Origin: Chlorokybus atmophyticus
Lineage: Eukaryota; Plantae; Mesostigma and Chlorokybus algae
Direction of reading: 5' to 3'
Length of the DNA: 64,000 nt
Assembly (NCBI GenBank): GCA_009103225.1
Contig: RHPI01003369.1
Coordinates: 783,822 to 847,821, forward strand
In this document: positions 1 through 12,600 of the stretch, piece after piece
Layout: every line of letters starts with the position of its first letter
Numbering within the stretch: the first letter of the stretch is position 1
Notes under the pieces: model-generated
What the model was told of the DNA's origin: nothing
Databases searched by the model: none
The model's input: only the letters and a program-made list of their open reading frames with translations
Made by a program: the position numbers and the translations under genes

Positions 1-704
1 TATAGCGTGTAATCAATTAGCGTTACATGGTAGAGTGGATTAGTTAGAACGAGGGTGAGTAGTGGCGGCATGTCTTGGGGTATGGGGCCTGCCCCGACCT
101 CGTACCGCAAAAAAACGCGACCAATCTAACCACTAACTGTGCTGTAATTGCACCGAATCTCTAGCGATTTTGGGTTGCCGTTGGTAAGCAGCTGCCGCTG
201 AGATAGTTTTCAGCATCTTTTACGCATCTTTGCAATGATTGGCCGTTTCGCTGCCTTTTTCAGCAACGGCTGTTGTCACCGTTGCGATCTCATTTGATCA
301 ATCTCATGCGTGACCATATGGTGGCCTAACAATGAAGATTTTCGTTTAGTTGAATCTTAGCGTTAAGGTGGTTTAGGTTAGCATTATTTTAATGGTTGTA
401 ACCTAGGCATTACTTATTGAATAACTTAGCACGTACCATGGCATAAACGTTACGTTGCATATTAAGTAATCTAAAGCTTAACTGCATGTTGCTAGCCATA
501 TTGCACCATATTGCACCATATTGCAGCATATGTGCTTGATTCTGCAACACATCAGAGATATCAACATGTATCAATGTATCTCCATATTTGTAAATATTGC
601 TTCTGTAACACATAAAAATGATCAACATGCAGCCATAAGCGGCCACGTATGCAGAACTGTGCTTAATTTTATATGTATTGGCATGCATTTGATCAATTAG
701 ATGT

Positions 705-1137
705 GCTTTGGACGGCCACGATCGTTTAAGCAGATTTAACGGTGTAAAGCTTGTACTCGCCGCCTAGCCAATAAGAAGTCGGGCCGCACATATTGCCGCG
801 CAGCCCGGTAGTCGCGGGTGCCGTGTGATGGCCCGACCAAAGCCGCACCACTACTTATCGTATCTCCGCACGTAACGTGGCAGCAACGTTAGTACTTATT
901 GTATTATCTTAATACATGTGAGACATGTTCAGATCATATAAGCCATGTGAAACCATACGCCGCCAACTGTGCACCATGTTGTCCTCATTTTTGGCAATTA
1001 TTATATACATAATTAGATATATCTATATTATATATAGATATTGTATATATATATACATATTATATATATATATTATGTATTTGATACATATATATATGAT
1101 GTAAAGATGACATAAATTATAGATATAATGCATGTAA

Positions 1138-1168
<31 letters not shown>

Positions 1169-1702
1169 CGTATTTACCATAATATAATATTATATGCATA
1201 TAATATGCATAAAGCTATGTATCATAATATACTATATATATATATCTCTCATGCATATATAACGTAATATATGAATGATATAAGATTACTCATATATATG
1301 TGCGCATATATTATATATAATTGCACTTATGATACATGTACACATGTTTATTCCTATTAATGGCATTAAATCATATGTAGGCATAATTGCATATAGTTAT
1401 CAAGATCATCAAATGAAATATATGTCGTTCGCATATATTTTGAGCAGTTGCATGGCATGGGGATGAGCTTTGGACGGCCCAAATTTGTTTTGACAGATCG
1501 AACGGATAGTTAATTATTGCCGCCTAGCCAATGAGAGGCAGGCGGGCCGCGCTTACCGCGCAGCCCGGCAGTCGCGGGTGCCGTATGTCACGGGGCCGTG
1601 GTGCGTGGTGCGCGTGTAATGTGTCTTGTGCCCTAATGCCGGCCGGCCGGCCGGCCGGCCCAATCACACGCCTAATCAGCCGCACCGCTAGTTTGTATCT
1701 CG
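705..1702. repeat. Diverged direct repeat pair (~705-866 and ~1467-1702) separated by AT/TA-rich low-complexity DNA
   Basis: Both copies read GCTTTGGACGGCC...GCCGCCTAGCCAAT...CCGCGCAGCCCGG(T/C)AGTCGCGGGTGCCGT...AGCCGCACC..TA...GTATCTC. (TA)n-rich sequence lies at ~1000-1330. No ORF support. Confidence 0.7.
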
Positions 1703-2097
1703 ATTATGTCTTGTCCAAACTCCGGCTTGCTGTACATGTCATCCCTCAATTGACACTTGCTGAAGTCTACACATAATCATATACAAGCTCCTCATTAACA
1801 AGCATGGCTTTGCAGTAGGTAGTAGCAATTGTCATGATAATTAGCATGACTAGGATTTTCACCTTCACTTTGCTTAAAATACGCGCACTAGCAATGCCGA
1901 CATCAACAAGACATGGTGACCCAATTGGCACAGCTACACAGACATGCAACACCGGAAACAGGGGATTCATACACCTTCGCAACATCGGCGCTACCACTCC
2001 TGCCTCCCAACTGTGCTTCGTATGCTCTCACCAACATAATTTACAGGCCGCTTTACTATACATGCATGGCGCCTCTCACCAAACCAGTTGGGTGCTG

Positions 2098-3083
2098 TCA
2101 AAGGTACCCTCCCCACGACCGCAGAAAGGGGAACAGCCATGTCAAGAGCTTCAGGAACAACGAACTCGGTTGCCTGCGCACAAGAGGCGCGGGTTCGTTC
2201 TCTTCCCTCCTCCGCATGTAACCAACATCATGCATGTCCTCGTACTCCTCTTCTCCTCCCTCATCCTCATAACCAACATCATCATAACCCATTGCACCTC
2301 TTCCACGCGGTGGTGGCAACAGCCCGCGCACGCGCTGCCTTTGCCTACCAGGCCTCTCAGCCCTGCCAACGCCTCGTCTCGAACCTTCTTGCTGTTGTTG
2401 GCGTGTTGTTTGTCCGCCCCACGCACGCTGCAGCCGGCGTGTGAACACTTTCCACATGCGGCGTGCAATGGGGTTGAGCGCCTTGCGCACTCCCGGGATG
2501 GCCAGCGCGCCCGCCACCCATAGCGCCGTTGAAGGGTTGTCGAGCACGTATGGGACTGACATAAACAGCAGCGGGATCGAAATTGTCACCAGCACCTGTT
2601 GTTGATAGTGTCTACTTTGCACACAAGCAGGCGCATATTGCTGCATTCACATGTAAGCTGATTACAGAGCAGTACAAAATCTGGCTAGCAACTTTTACGG
2701 CAGGCAGGGTGGGCTTGTCAGCTCATTAGTGACAATTTTCGGTTTGGCATCAAAGTGAGTGCTGCTACTCTTGGGGTGAACACATATGAAGCTACTCGAG
2801 CTACGGACAATATGCAGCATGCCACGTCACAACGTTTGCAGCACATAATGGTACACACGACAAGACGCAACAACTTCTCACCTGTGCTGTGTGGTCCTCC
2901 GCGAGCTTCTCCGACATCCTTGGCTCCTCTGCGTCATAGTACTCCTCCCGCCGAACACGCTGCCGCCTCGCACCCGCATCGCGGCGTGCATACTGTGGGT
3001 CGCGTCCATCATCCGGCCCGCGCCAAGCATGCGCTTGAAGACATGGCCGCTTGCGAGGCGGGCATGACTTTGCCTGTGGTTGT
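2098..3083 (-). CDS. Hypothetical membrane protein, probably plastid-targeted; last two exons (~2883-3083, ~2098-2596); 5' exons unresolved up to ~3700
   Basis: GT donor at 2882 (CACAG|GTGAG) and CAG acceptor near 2597 join ...EEYYDAEEPRMSEKLAEDHTAQ to VLVTISIPLLFMSVPYVLDNPSTALWVAGALAIP...SSLFLKLLTWLFPFLRSWGGYL*. The product has two hydrophobic segments, an acidic patch and an amphipathic C-terminus. Confidence 0.65.
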
Positions 3084-4254
3084 CTGCTGCAAACATCTGG
3101 ACACAGGCGTGGCGGATGCTTGGTTGGAAAGACACTTTGCGCTTTGGGATGCCGCATAAACGAGAAAATTGCCACCGGTGTTGCAATCTGTTCACACGCT
3201 AAGTTGATAACGACTGCAGTTTGACAATGAAAGCATTGTGCTCAACGAGTAATTGAACTATGCTGGTTTCGTGGTACTTATCTTGTCAATTGCAAACACA
3301 TGTGCAACTTGCATGCATGCTGCTAGGGTGAGCAGGTGGTTATGCAGCACCGTACTGCAGGAGAACTTTGCACCTTTAGCCATAATGGCAAAAACCTTTA
3401 CATGTAACAACAAAAACAGCTGCTACAGTTACAGCCACCCACACGACGACCACAGCGATGTACAGAGTAAACGTGGCACAGTGTTGAAGGTTTGGTTGCA
3501 TGCTTCGCAACTGGAAGACAACCACTTTGGTAATCACACCAATGCATAGCAACAACTCGGAGGGTAGCGGAGCTGGGAATCCACCCCAGCGTGTCATCAC
3601 ATAACACCTATACCTTGAACGCAACGCATGTGCCGCTTCTCTGATTGACACGTTCTGTAGAGTTCTGAACTTAGTTTGCGCTCACCTGCAGCTGCATGCT
3701 TCTTCACGCTCTTTGTCCCCCGCAAGTTGCGTTGTGCGCGGCCTGAGCAAGAACGCCAGGGGCAACAACCGCCTCCGCCTCCAATCCCCTCGCCTTGCCT
3801 GCCTGCGCCTGCGCTCAGGCTTGCTTCGGCCGTCTGCTGGTCTAGTACGCTGAGAGAAGCCTGCTACTTTGGTCCCGCCGAGCCCAGGCTGCTGCGCACA
3901 GCCTCAAGCCGCCTGGCCTGCGCTAGGCCAGGACGGGCCGGGACAGGGCGGCGGACGGGGCGGCGGAGGTGTGTGGCCTGGCCTGCGCTTGAGACGGACG
4001 AGACACACACAAGCGAGTCGAGCCGTGTGGGTTGAGCAGCTAGCAGGCTGCGGAGGTGGCGTGCCTGAGTCGACGCCTGCCTTGTGGCATTGCCCTTCAA
4101 CCTTGAGGTCGTTGCCGTCGCTGTCGGCCGGGCCTTGGCCAGAGCAGGCCCAAAAAAGCCGTCACACAAGTTTCAAGCACATCTCACCTCCGGTTGCGGA
4201 TTGTGGCCTGGCGAATTGTGGCTCGGCCGGCCCTGCCCCCCTCGCCTCTTCCGC

Positions 4255-6266
4255 ATGGCAGAAAACGGCGGCGTGCCTGGAGAAAGCAGAGCCAGCGGCA
4301 GTGGCAGCAGCAACCGGGGCAAGAGCAGCAATCACAGGTGGGGCCATCAGCCACACACTTGACTAGCTGTGGTCAACTACGCCGCTTTGTACAACATTGC
4401 TGTCGTCGTTGTTGAGTCGGTGACTACACAAGATGATGATAATCATGCTTGTCTTGTTTGCTTACCTGCATGCACATGCTTATAGCGACAGCTCCGCTTC
4501 CTCTGAACATGTTGTCATGAAGTGTTACTGGTCACCCCCCCCCCCCCCACTAATCCTCATCGCTTTCGCAATAACAACTGCGTGCATTGCCAGCATATCC
4601 GCGGTACATGGCTTGCCCTTGCCGCAGTGTTGAAATGTGCGCACCTACTTGCGTTGCGTCATAGGCTCACAGCAGCAACTGATCACAGACGACAAGAACT
4701 TGCAACAAGGCCTGTTTCAAATAACCTTTGCATGTACACATTGCATATGTTGCCTGTGTGCTTGCCTGCAGCAGGCCGACGCTATTGAGTGCCGCCTACG
4801 CTATCGGCGGAATCTTCATTGCACGCAACATATTGGACCGGTGTTGGCCAGGCAGCCATGTCCGAACATTGGCAAAGGCCATGTGCGGAGAGAAGGTGTG
4901 CCTCTTATTGGTTAATGCTGCACAGTCACACAGTCAACCGTCATCGGCATGGCTCCACTGCAAGTTGATGACGACTACACGCACACGCATACATACAATA
5001 TGTGACATTGCGTGACAGTTGACTTCAGAGCAAGCGCTAAGGGATCCCGCGCACTACTTCAATGTGCGGTGGGTACGCATCTACTTGCTTCCAAATGATG
5101 GCCGTTTGCAACCTCAAGTGCACAAGACTTCTAACTCATGATATGTGTAGTGCGTCAGCTTGTGAAGCAGCACACATGGCCAATGGCGCACGCCTCTTAT
5201 ATGTGGAACAGGTGGGCTTGTGTTCGGATCATCACTGGTTCACCACATGAGCGTGCTTGGCCCTTACATGGCACACAGTGACCCTGTTTGCAGGCGAATG
5301 TGGGCACACCTGAGAGGCCATTCAGGCAGGTATGTGCTCTGTACATCGTCCAGTCATTGTGCACTTTATATCTGCTGCATGCGTTGAAAGTGACTGTGCA
5401 GTCTCTGTGCAGCGTTTCCTTGTGGTGAGACCGTCCAAGCGAAAAGAGAGCGATGTTGAGGTTGCAACAAGCGACTGTTGCTAAGTGCCAAATGCCATGT
5501 TTGGTGATGCCATGTAACGTGATTACAATTGCAGGTTGCTTCTCATGCTGTGTCTGACCCTGCGGCTTACTCCAACTACTGCGACCGACCAGTCAATGCG
5601 AGGCCTTCAAGTGCAGAAGCGGCTTCAGTAAGCACGTATTTGACAATAAAGCAGACAGTTGTGTGCTCCTAAGAACAGTTGGCTAATGTGTTGTTCACGT
5701 TACGAGGAGTGTTAGGTCTCAACTTCCTTACATGCAGGATATTGGAGAGCACTTGACAACGGTCTACCTCTCGCGCTGTAAACCCGGCCAGGGTTGCTTG
5801 TATCAAGGGAGCACACCGCCGGAAGGGTACCCCAGCAGCTGGGTAAGTGTGTGTGCGTGCTGCTGTGAGGGTGCCAAGCAGCATGTATACCAAGAACAAT
5901 TTCTTCATTGACTTGAAACATTTGGGTAGCTTCCGTTACCTCACACACTCTTTGGGTTTGCTTGCAGGGTGGAGCAGTGCGTTGCACATCGGATGTCACT
6001 GTGTACAAGCATGCATACAACTCCTGGGACAGAGGCTACGATGCTCGTGGCCAACAGGTATGCCTGTCATGTTCTATGCTTGAGGTGTGTCTATGAGTGT
6101 CTGTGAGGCTGTATGTACATCCGTATGCACACGTTGTCTTGTGTTAAATTCCAACAGAGTACAGCACACTCCACTCCAGCACTCTTGGGACTTGTTACTT
6201 CTTTGTGCTTTGCAGGTCTGGGGTCCAAGGGAAGGGCCTTTGGAGTTCAGGCCTAAGGCAAGATAG
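4255..6266 (+). CDS. CRL: CRUMPLED LEAF (CpcT/CpeT chromophore-lyase-like plastid envelope protein), ~9 exons
   Basis: Spliced GT-AG exons give GGIFIARNILDRCWPGSHVRTLAKAMCGEK, EQALRDPAHYFNVR, HMANGARLLYVEQ, TPERPFRQ, VASHAVSDPAAYSNYCDRP, DIGEHLTTVYLSRC...CLYQGSTPPEGYPSSW, SWDRGYDARGQQ and VWGPREGPLEFRPKAR*. These match the recalled Arabidopsis CRL motifs (EQASRDPDNYFNIR, TPQKPFRQ, DIGEHLTT, WDRGFD, VWGPKEGPYEFKP) in order. Confidence 0.93.
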
Positions 6267-6611
6267 AGTTGGCCTGTAGTGCACTACATACACGCAGGCA
6301 ATGGAGTTGCATGTTGCAATAAGATCGCACTGCAGTGAAATGGTCAACGGTTGTGGTGAGGTGCGGCGGCTGAGTAATACCTCTACATCAAGAGATTCAC
6401 TCACTCGTGCTATATCTAATATGTCAATATGCAACGATTCTGCAACGCGTGCATTGCAACATGTCATCAAGCCAGACACTGACTGTAAACACCAGCAATC
6501 AAACAACATTTTTCGGTAAGGGTAATGTTACACGGGAATGTGCACGGAAAATATTACACTGCACAGTTCCGAGGCATGAACAGAGCAGCTACAGTCTACG
6601 AGTCTGCACCG

Positions 6612-9600
6612 CTATTCTTGCTGGTATGGTGGGTGCATGAGTTGGAGGCTCATGCGTCCGGCACGGGGTTTCGGCACCGGGGGAGGCTGCTGCAGGTCTT
6701 GCGGGCGCGCGTTCTCGTTGCTGCTGCCTGAACTCGACTGCGATGCCGCCAGCTGCTGAGCCTTTATCAAGCGAGCAATGTCATCCGCAAGCTTCGTCAT
6801 CTGCATAGTGATGGGCCACTGTCAGCTGTAGCATGAGGTAAGGAAGATGAGAGCGATGGTGATGCGTGGTATGTACCTCTGGCTGTTGTGGGAACATTGA
6901 GCAGCAGCGCTTGAATACTGCATTTGTTCTGCAAAGAACCTCAACAATGGTGTTGTTCTCACCACAGAGTGCCTCGACCTGCACATGAATTATGTACCAG
7001 ATTCAGTTAAGTGCATGACCAATCAAAGTGGTTATGTGGAGAGATACGGGCACACACGCGCAGACAGATGCACGCACGCACGCACGCACATGCATATACA
7101 TATGCTCGCACGTGCACACATATGCACCTCGCTTTCAGCTTTGCGCAAGTTGGCGATCAGGATTTCCTGCCTGGTGACTACGGCATTGCTTTTGCGCCGC
7201 TGGTGCTTCACCTCCGCTTGCAGCGCCGCATGCGCAGCCTGAAGCTCCTCTAGCCTGTTGTTTGTATGTACAACGTCAGCCACAGAAAAGGTAAAGCGCA
7301 AGCTCACAACACATTGCATCATGTACACTTCGTGGCAACAGTCACCTCTTTGCAGCGTCTGCCAACTGGTCCTCCAATGCAGCTTGCTCTCTTGCTGCCA
7401 TGGCAGCGGCCTCTTCCTTAGCTGCCAACACTTCTTCCATGGCTGCACCCTTCTCGGCCAACTCTTCCTCCAAAGCCTGACAGAGGTGCCAACTCTAAGG
7501 ATACGTTGCACACAATCGAGTTGTGCGTGCGGGCGCGTGCATGTGCCCGCATGTGTTGCTGTTTATAGTTGGGTGGCTGCGCATTTGCGTGTGCATGCGT
7601 GCGTGTGCGAGGGCTGCATATGCGAGCATATTACAGAATGGTTACCCAACTCAAGTGTTCCCTCTCTCACCTGTGTGCTGGACTCCATGGCTTCAATCTT
7701 CCCCTCATACCACCCCTGCATCTTTTCCTTCTCCGTTCGTACCTTCTCCGCTCTCTCCTCCTGCTCCCCGACTCGCTCTCGCCACTCCTCCAGCTCGCCT
7801 TGCAACGACGCGGCGAAGTCCTCGAGCCGAGACGCGTCGTCCTTGTAGGAGGCCGACGCGGTGCGCACGGACAAAAGGTCGGACTGGAGGCAGAAGTGAG
7901 GTCAGGCACACGCATTGGTGTTTGAGTTCGAGGCAAGTGTGTGTGTGTGTGTGTGTGTGTCTGTGTATGTGTGCAGGCGTGTGTGTGCGCGTGTTTAGAT
8001 TGACGCAACATCTGTGTGTATGCGTGCAAGTGCGCGCGTATGCATGTGCGCGTGCGTGTGCGTATATATGTGTGTGCATCTTGCTTGTATGTGTGACTAT
8101 ATGGGTGCGTGTGCCTGTTGGTTATGTGTGTGTGCGTGTGTACCTCCTTGGCTTCCAGCACTTTGAGCAATGCTTCTTTATCAGCTATTGCAGCCCCGAG
8201 GCCTTCTTCAGCCATGTCGCGCTCGGCTGTCACAACCGCCAGCTTCTCGCTCTCGGTCTGCAGGTCGGCTTCAATGGCAGTGAGGCGGTCTCGCATGACC
8301 TGCTAGAGAGATAGGAAGCGATATGGTGAGTGTTACTCTCTGATGCCTGGTTCATGATCGAATGCACGAGTGCATACCGTTAGCTTGGTCTCGGCCTCTG
8401 CTGCCGCTGCCTGCGCTCGCTCATCCGCCACAACCCTGGCCTCGAGGTCTTTGAACTCCGCAAGCTCCGCGTACTGTTTGTTAGCTCTGTCGAATATAGA
8501 TGACATGATTTCATGAGTACATGAGCTGTGTATACGTGTGCTTGCGAACATGCGCACGCGCGCCCATGCATGCGCACGCACGCGTGTGTGTGCGTGTGTT
8601 TGCAGCCGCATGTGTGCTTGTCCATTGATGTGACTCATAGTACACTAAGTACCTGCCAAGCTCAGACTGAAGCTGCTCAACCACGTGCTCCAACTGTGCC
8701 ACGCGCTCTCTCGTCTTCTGGTGATCCCGACTCACCATGCTCAGCTCCCTGGCAACCCTCCTCGAACGCACAATAAGTCTACTCAGTTCCTCTTCCCGCT
8801 CTGTCAGCCGCGTGATGACGTCAGCCATCTGCGCCGCAGACCTGGCCAGCAGCTCCGCCCGTGACGCTTGGGCTTCATTCTTCTCAACATTAGCAAAACC
8901 CAACTCAGTCCTGAGTTTGCTGATGAGAGTGGCTTTCTCATCAAGTTCAGATTCTTTTAGGGTCAGTGTCGCAGTTAGACGCTTTGACTCGGCTTCCTTT
9001 GAATCAAGCTGGGCTTCCTTGTGCTTGAGCTCGGCATCCTTCCTATTGATAATGTATGCAAGTGAAGCCACTTCTTGCTCCTTTGCGCTCAGCTGCAACA
9101 GAGCGTCCTTTGACTTGGCTTCCTTTGCGCTGAGCTGTTGGCGGGCAGACTCGAGCTCTGAATTGCAAGTGCTGAGAGCGTCATTGAGCTCGCTGAGCTG
9201 GGCTTCCTTCTGCGTGAGCTCAGCACACTTTTTATCCAGGGCAGATGCGAGTGAGGCTAATCCTTCACGCTTGGCACTTAGCTGCAAGCAAGCATCCTCC
9301 CTTTCAAGCTGCACTTCTCTCAGCCTCTCACCAACTTCACTCAACTGCGCATCCTTTGCGCTCAGCTGTTCCTCCAATGAAGCTACACAAGCAACCTTCT
9401 GCTCGATCACACATGCAAGCGAAGCCACTGACTTGTCCTTTGCGCTCAGCTGCATACAAGCATCCTCCCGCTCAAGCTGAACTTCTCTCAATCTCTCACC
9501 AACTTCACTCAGCTGTTCTTCCAACGAGATCGCACGCTTCTCCCTGTCCCCAACCTTCTCATTCAAAGCCGCCACGTCTTCACTCTTTTTCAACAGCATC

Positions 9601-12600
9601 ACTTCAACAGCTTTAACCTTTTCCTCAGCAGCAGCCAATGCAGTATTTGTTGCACTCAATTGATCACCGAGTGCCGCCAGCTGGCAGGTTGCTTGATGCA
9701 AATTCTGCTGAGAGGAAGCCAGTTGGGCGGTTTTGTTGTTGAGCTCCTCTGTGAGACCTGACAGATGCGATTCGGTGTGGGTGAGAGTGTCATTGATGGT
9801 GGTCAAGTTGCATGTCATGTTGGCCAGCTGTCCCTCCAGAGCCAGTTTCTCGGCTTGTTGGAGAGTAAGCTCCCCACGCAGAGCTGCTGTATCTGCCTCT
9901 TGTTGAGTGAGTTGTGTCTGCAGCAGAGTGACTCGTTCTTGATTGCGAGAAAGCGCCTCGTGCAGAGTTGCTGTTTGTGTCTCATGTTGGGTGACTTGTG
10001 TCTGCAGTGCATTCACTCGCGCACGCTCCGCATCCAGCCGGGTACACAAGTCGGCGGACGTCTTGGACAGCTGTCCCTCCAGAGCCAGCCTCTCAGCTTC
10101 TTTGTGTGTCAGCTCCTCGTGCAAAGCGGATGTTTCTGCCTCTCGCTGACTAAATTGTGTCTGCAGTGCGTTGACTTGCGCATGCTTCTCGTCCAGTTGG
10201 CTACACAGAGCTGCTGATTCTGCCTCATGTTGGGTGAGTTGTGTCTGCAGCGCAGTGACTCGCGCATGCTCCTCGTCTAGTTGGGTACACATTGCTGACA
10301 CCTCCTCTTCTTTAAGCCTCAACACCTCTTGCATTGCATCCATCTCAACGGCCTTCTCCCTCGCAACATCGCTGAGTTGTGTCTTCAGATCATGTGTTGT
10401 GACTTCGTGTTCAGGCACCGATGCACACATTGCAGACAACTCTTCTTCCTTGTGCTGGAGCGTGTCGCTGAGTGCATGGAGTTCAGCTTCTCTCTGGCGG
10501 AGATTGGCTTCAGCAGCTACGCGTCTGGCTTCCTCCTGGGTAACTTGCTCGGTAAGGGAAGCCACTTGCGTGTGCATCTCTTCAAGTTGCCGGCTAATAG
10601 CCTCAAAGTTGGCTTCTCCAGGGCTGCACCGTTCGGGTGACGAAGGAAGGGACTCCGTTTCGGCTTCGCTGATGTCGCTGAAGCTCTGTGCATACGCGTC
10701 CATCTCGGCTTCCTTCTCGCTGAGCAGCTTCTGGAGCGCTGCCACGCCGGCCTGCACGAACGCGAGCTCCTCCTTCTTCACACTCACCCTCTCAACTAAC
10801 ATATCTACCTGAGCCTCCTTCTCCCTTAGCCTCTCGCCGCAAGAAGCCAACTCATCCTCTTTCTGGCTAAGTGCTTCCCGCAGGGACTGCAAGTCTCCGT
10901 TCTGCCTCGCTACCACCCCCGCTTCCTCTGTACACGACAACTCAGCATCGTGCAGCCTCTCCTGCAACATGAACATCATCTCTTTAAGCCCGTTCACGCG
11001 TGTCTCGCATGCCAACTCAATGTCTTGCATCTGTGCTCTGAGGTGGGTTGTATCAGCCTCAGCAGCCAACTGGCGCACATGCCAGTCGGATATCAACAAC
11101 ATCGCCTGCTGCCTCTGCCGGCTCCAAGCGCACTCTCGTGCGTGGAACTCTGACTTTGCACACGCCAAAGCAGCTTCCAGCTCCTTGGCTCTTTGTTGCT
11201 CATCCTGATGCACATCGTCATGTTGGTTTGTGACCAAGCAGAGGTTCTGAACCTGTAATTGGTAAAAGCAACATGTGCCTCTCACCCACCTGTAGACTTG
11301 TCGCTTGTCGTGTCAGCTCGTGCTGTAACTGCAAGAGGGCACAGAATAATGTCACGTACCGTACAACCGAGCAAGCTGTGACAACCACTTCTCGGCACAA
11401 CATCTTGTAACAAGCAAAGCCTACCCGCGCAAACTCTCCGCTCTTTTCTGCCAGCTGTGCTTTAAACACTTCGGCCTTGGTGGCAGCCTTTACCTCCAAT
11501 TCACTCACCTCGGTCTCCATCTCCTGCTGGCGTGCGAGCCACTCAGCTATTAACACCATGGCCTGCCAACGCTGGGAGTACAGTACACAGCATCAGCATG
11601 AGACCAACACCACGAGCACAAACAGTTGTGTGTGTTGCATCACCACGAGACTAACCAGTATCGCAGCATGAGCGGCTTCCTTGTGCAGCGTACTGATTTG
11701 TATCTGAAGCTCCGCTTGCAGCTGAGCGTTGTTGTCAATGATGTTGTTCAGCTCCTTGCGGTGCGCAGCTTGTTTGTAGGATTGAGTTGCTTCCAACTCG
11801 CTTACGCGCATGCGCGCATTCTCCAGCTCCTTCAACTTGCACCTGCAATCAACTCATAAGACGACACACACATACCCACATAACCCTATCACAACAAGCA
11901 AACCCACAACAGAAACTTGTACAAAAACCGTGTTGACTCACTTGTTGTCTTGCTGAAAGCGTGCGATGTCATCTCGATCAGCCTCTCTCGCACTCGTGAG
12001 CTCCTTCACGAGCGCTTCTGCCTCGGCAAGCTTGCCAGTTACAATAGCCATATCATTGCTGATGTGCTTCTTCTCCGCAATTTGCGCGTTGAGCTCTTGG
12101 ATGGTCTCAGCGCGTGCAGTGCACTCAAGCTGGAGCTTAGCAAGCTGGCGCTGAGACCTACAAGGGGAGTGTACATTGTTAGAGAGTGATGATAGAAACG
12201 CACACGCGCATGCACACACAACCGTGTAAGCCCAAGCTGCTTACTCTTCTTCGAGAGCAGTGATGATCTCCTCTTGCTCCCTGGCGCACTCGCTTCTAAC
12301 ACGCTTTATGGCCAGCACCAAGCCCTTTTGCACATGCGTCTGAAGGCACACACACATACACATATACCACACCATACTCCATGTGTACCCACTACATCCG
12401 ACCAACACTCACCTCGTCTGTTTGTGTTGAGCTGCTGCTAGTTGACTTCACTTCAGCAGCGTGCTTTGCTAGCTCGAGCTCCAACTTGTTACAGCGATCA
12501 CATGATTGTGTGAGTTGAGACTGGAGGGCGGCTTCGCTGTCGTGCTTCTCCGCCTCGAGCATGGTTACGCGGCATTCAAGCCCCTGCACCTCCATCAACG

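Noticed and set aside
14-40. GTTACA followed by TGGTAGAGTGG as an LTR end plus PBS
   Set aside because: At the window edge, with no partner LTR or PPT found and a poor match to known primer tRNAs.
8737-10812. Plus-strand Ser/Leu-rich ORFs (247, 150, 213 aa)
   Set aside because: Antisense shadows of the coiled-coil exon (GAG/CAG/CTG-rich codons give stop-poor reverse frames).
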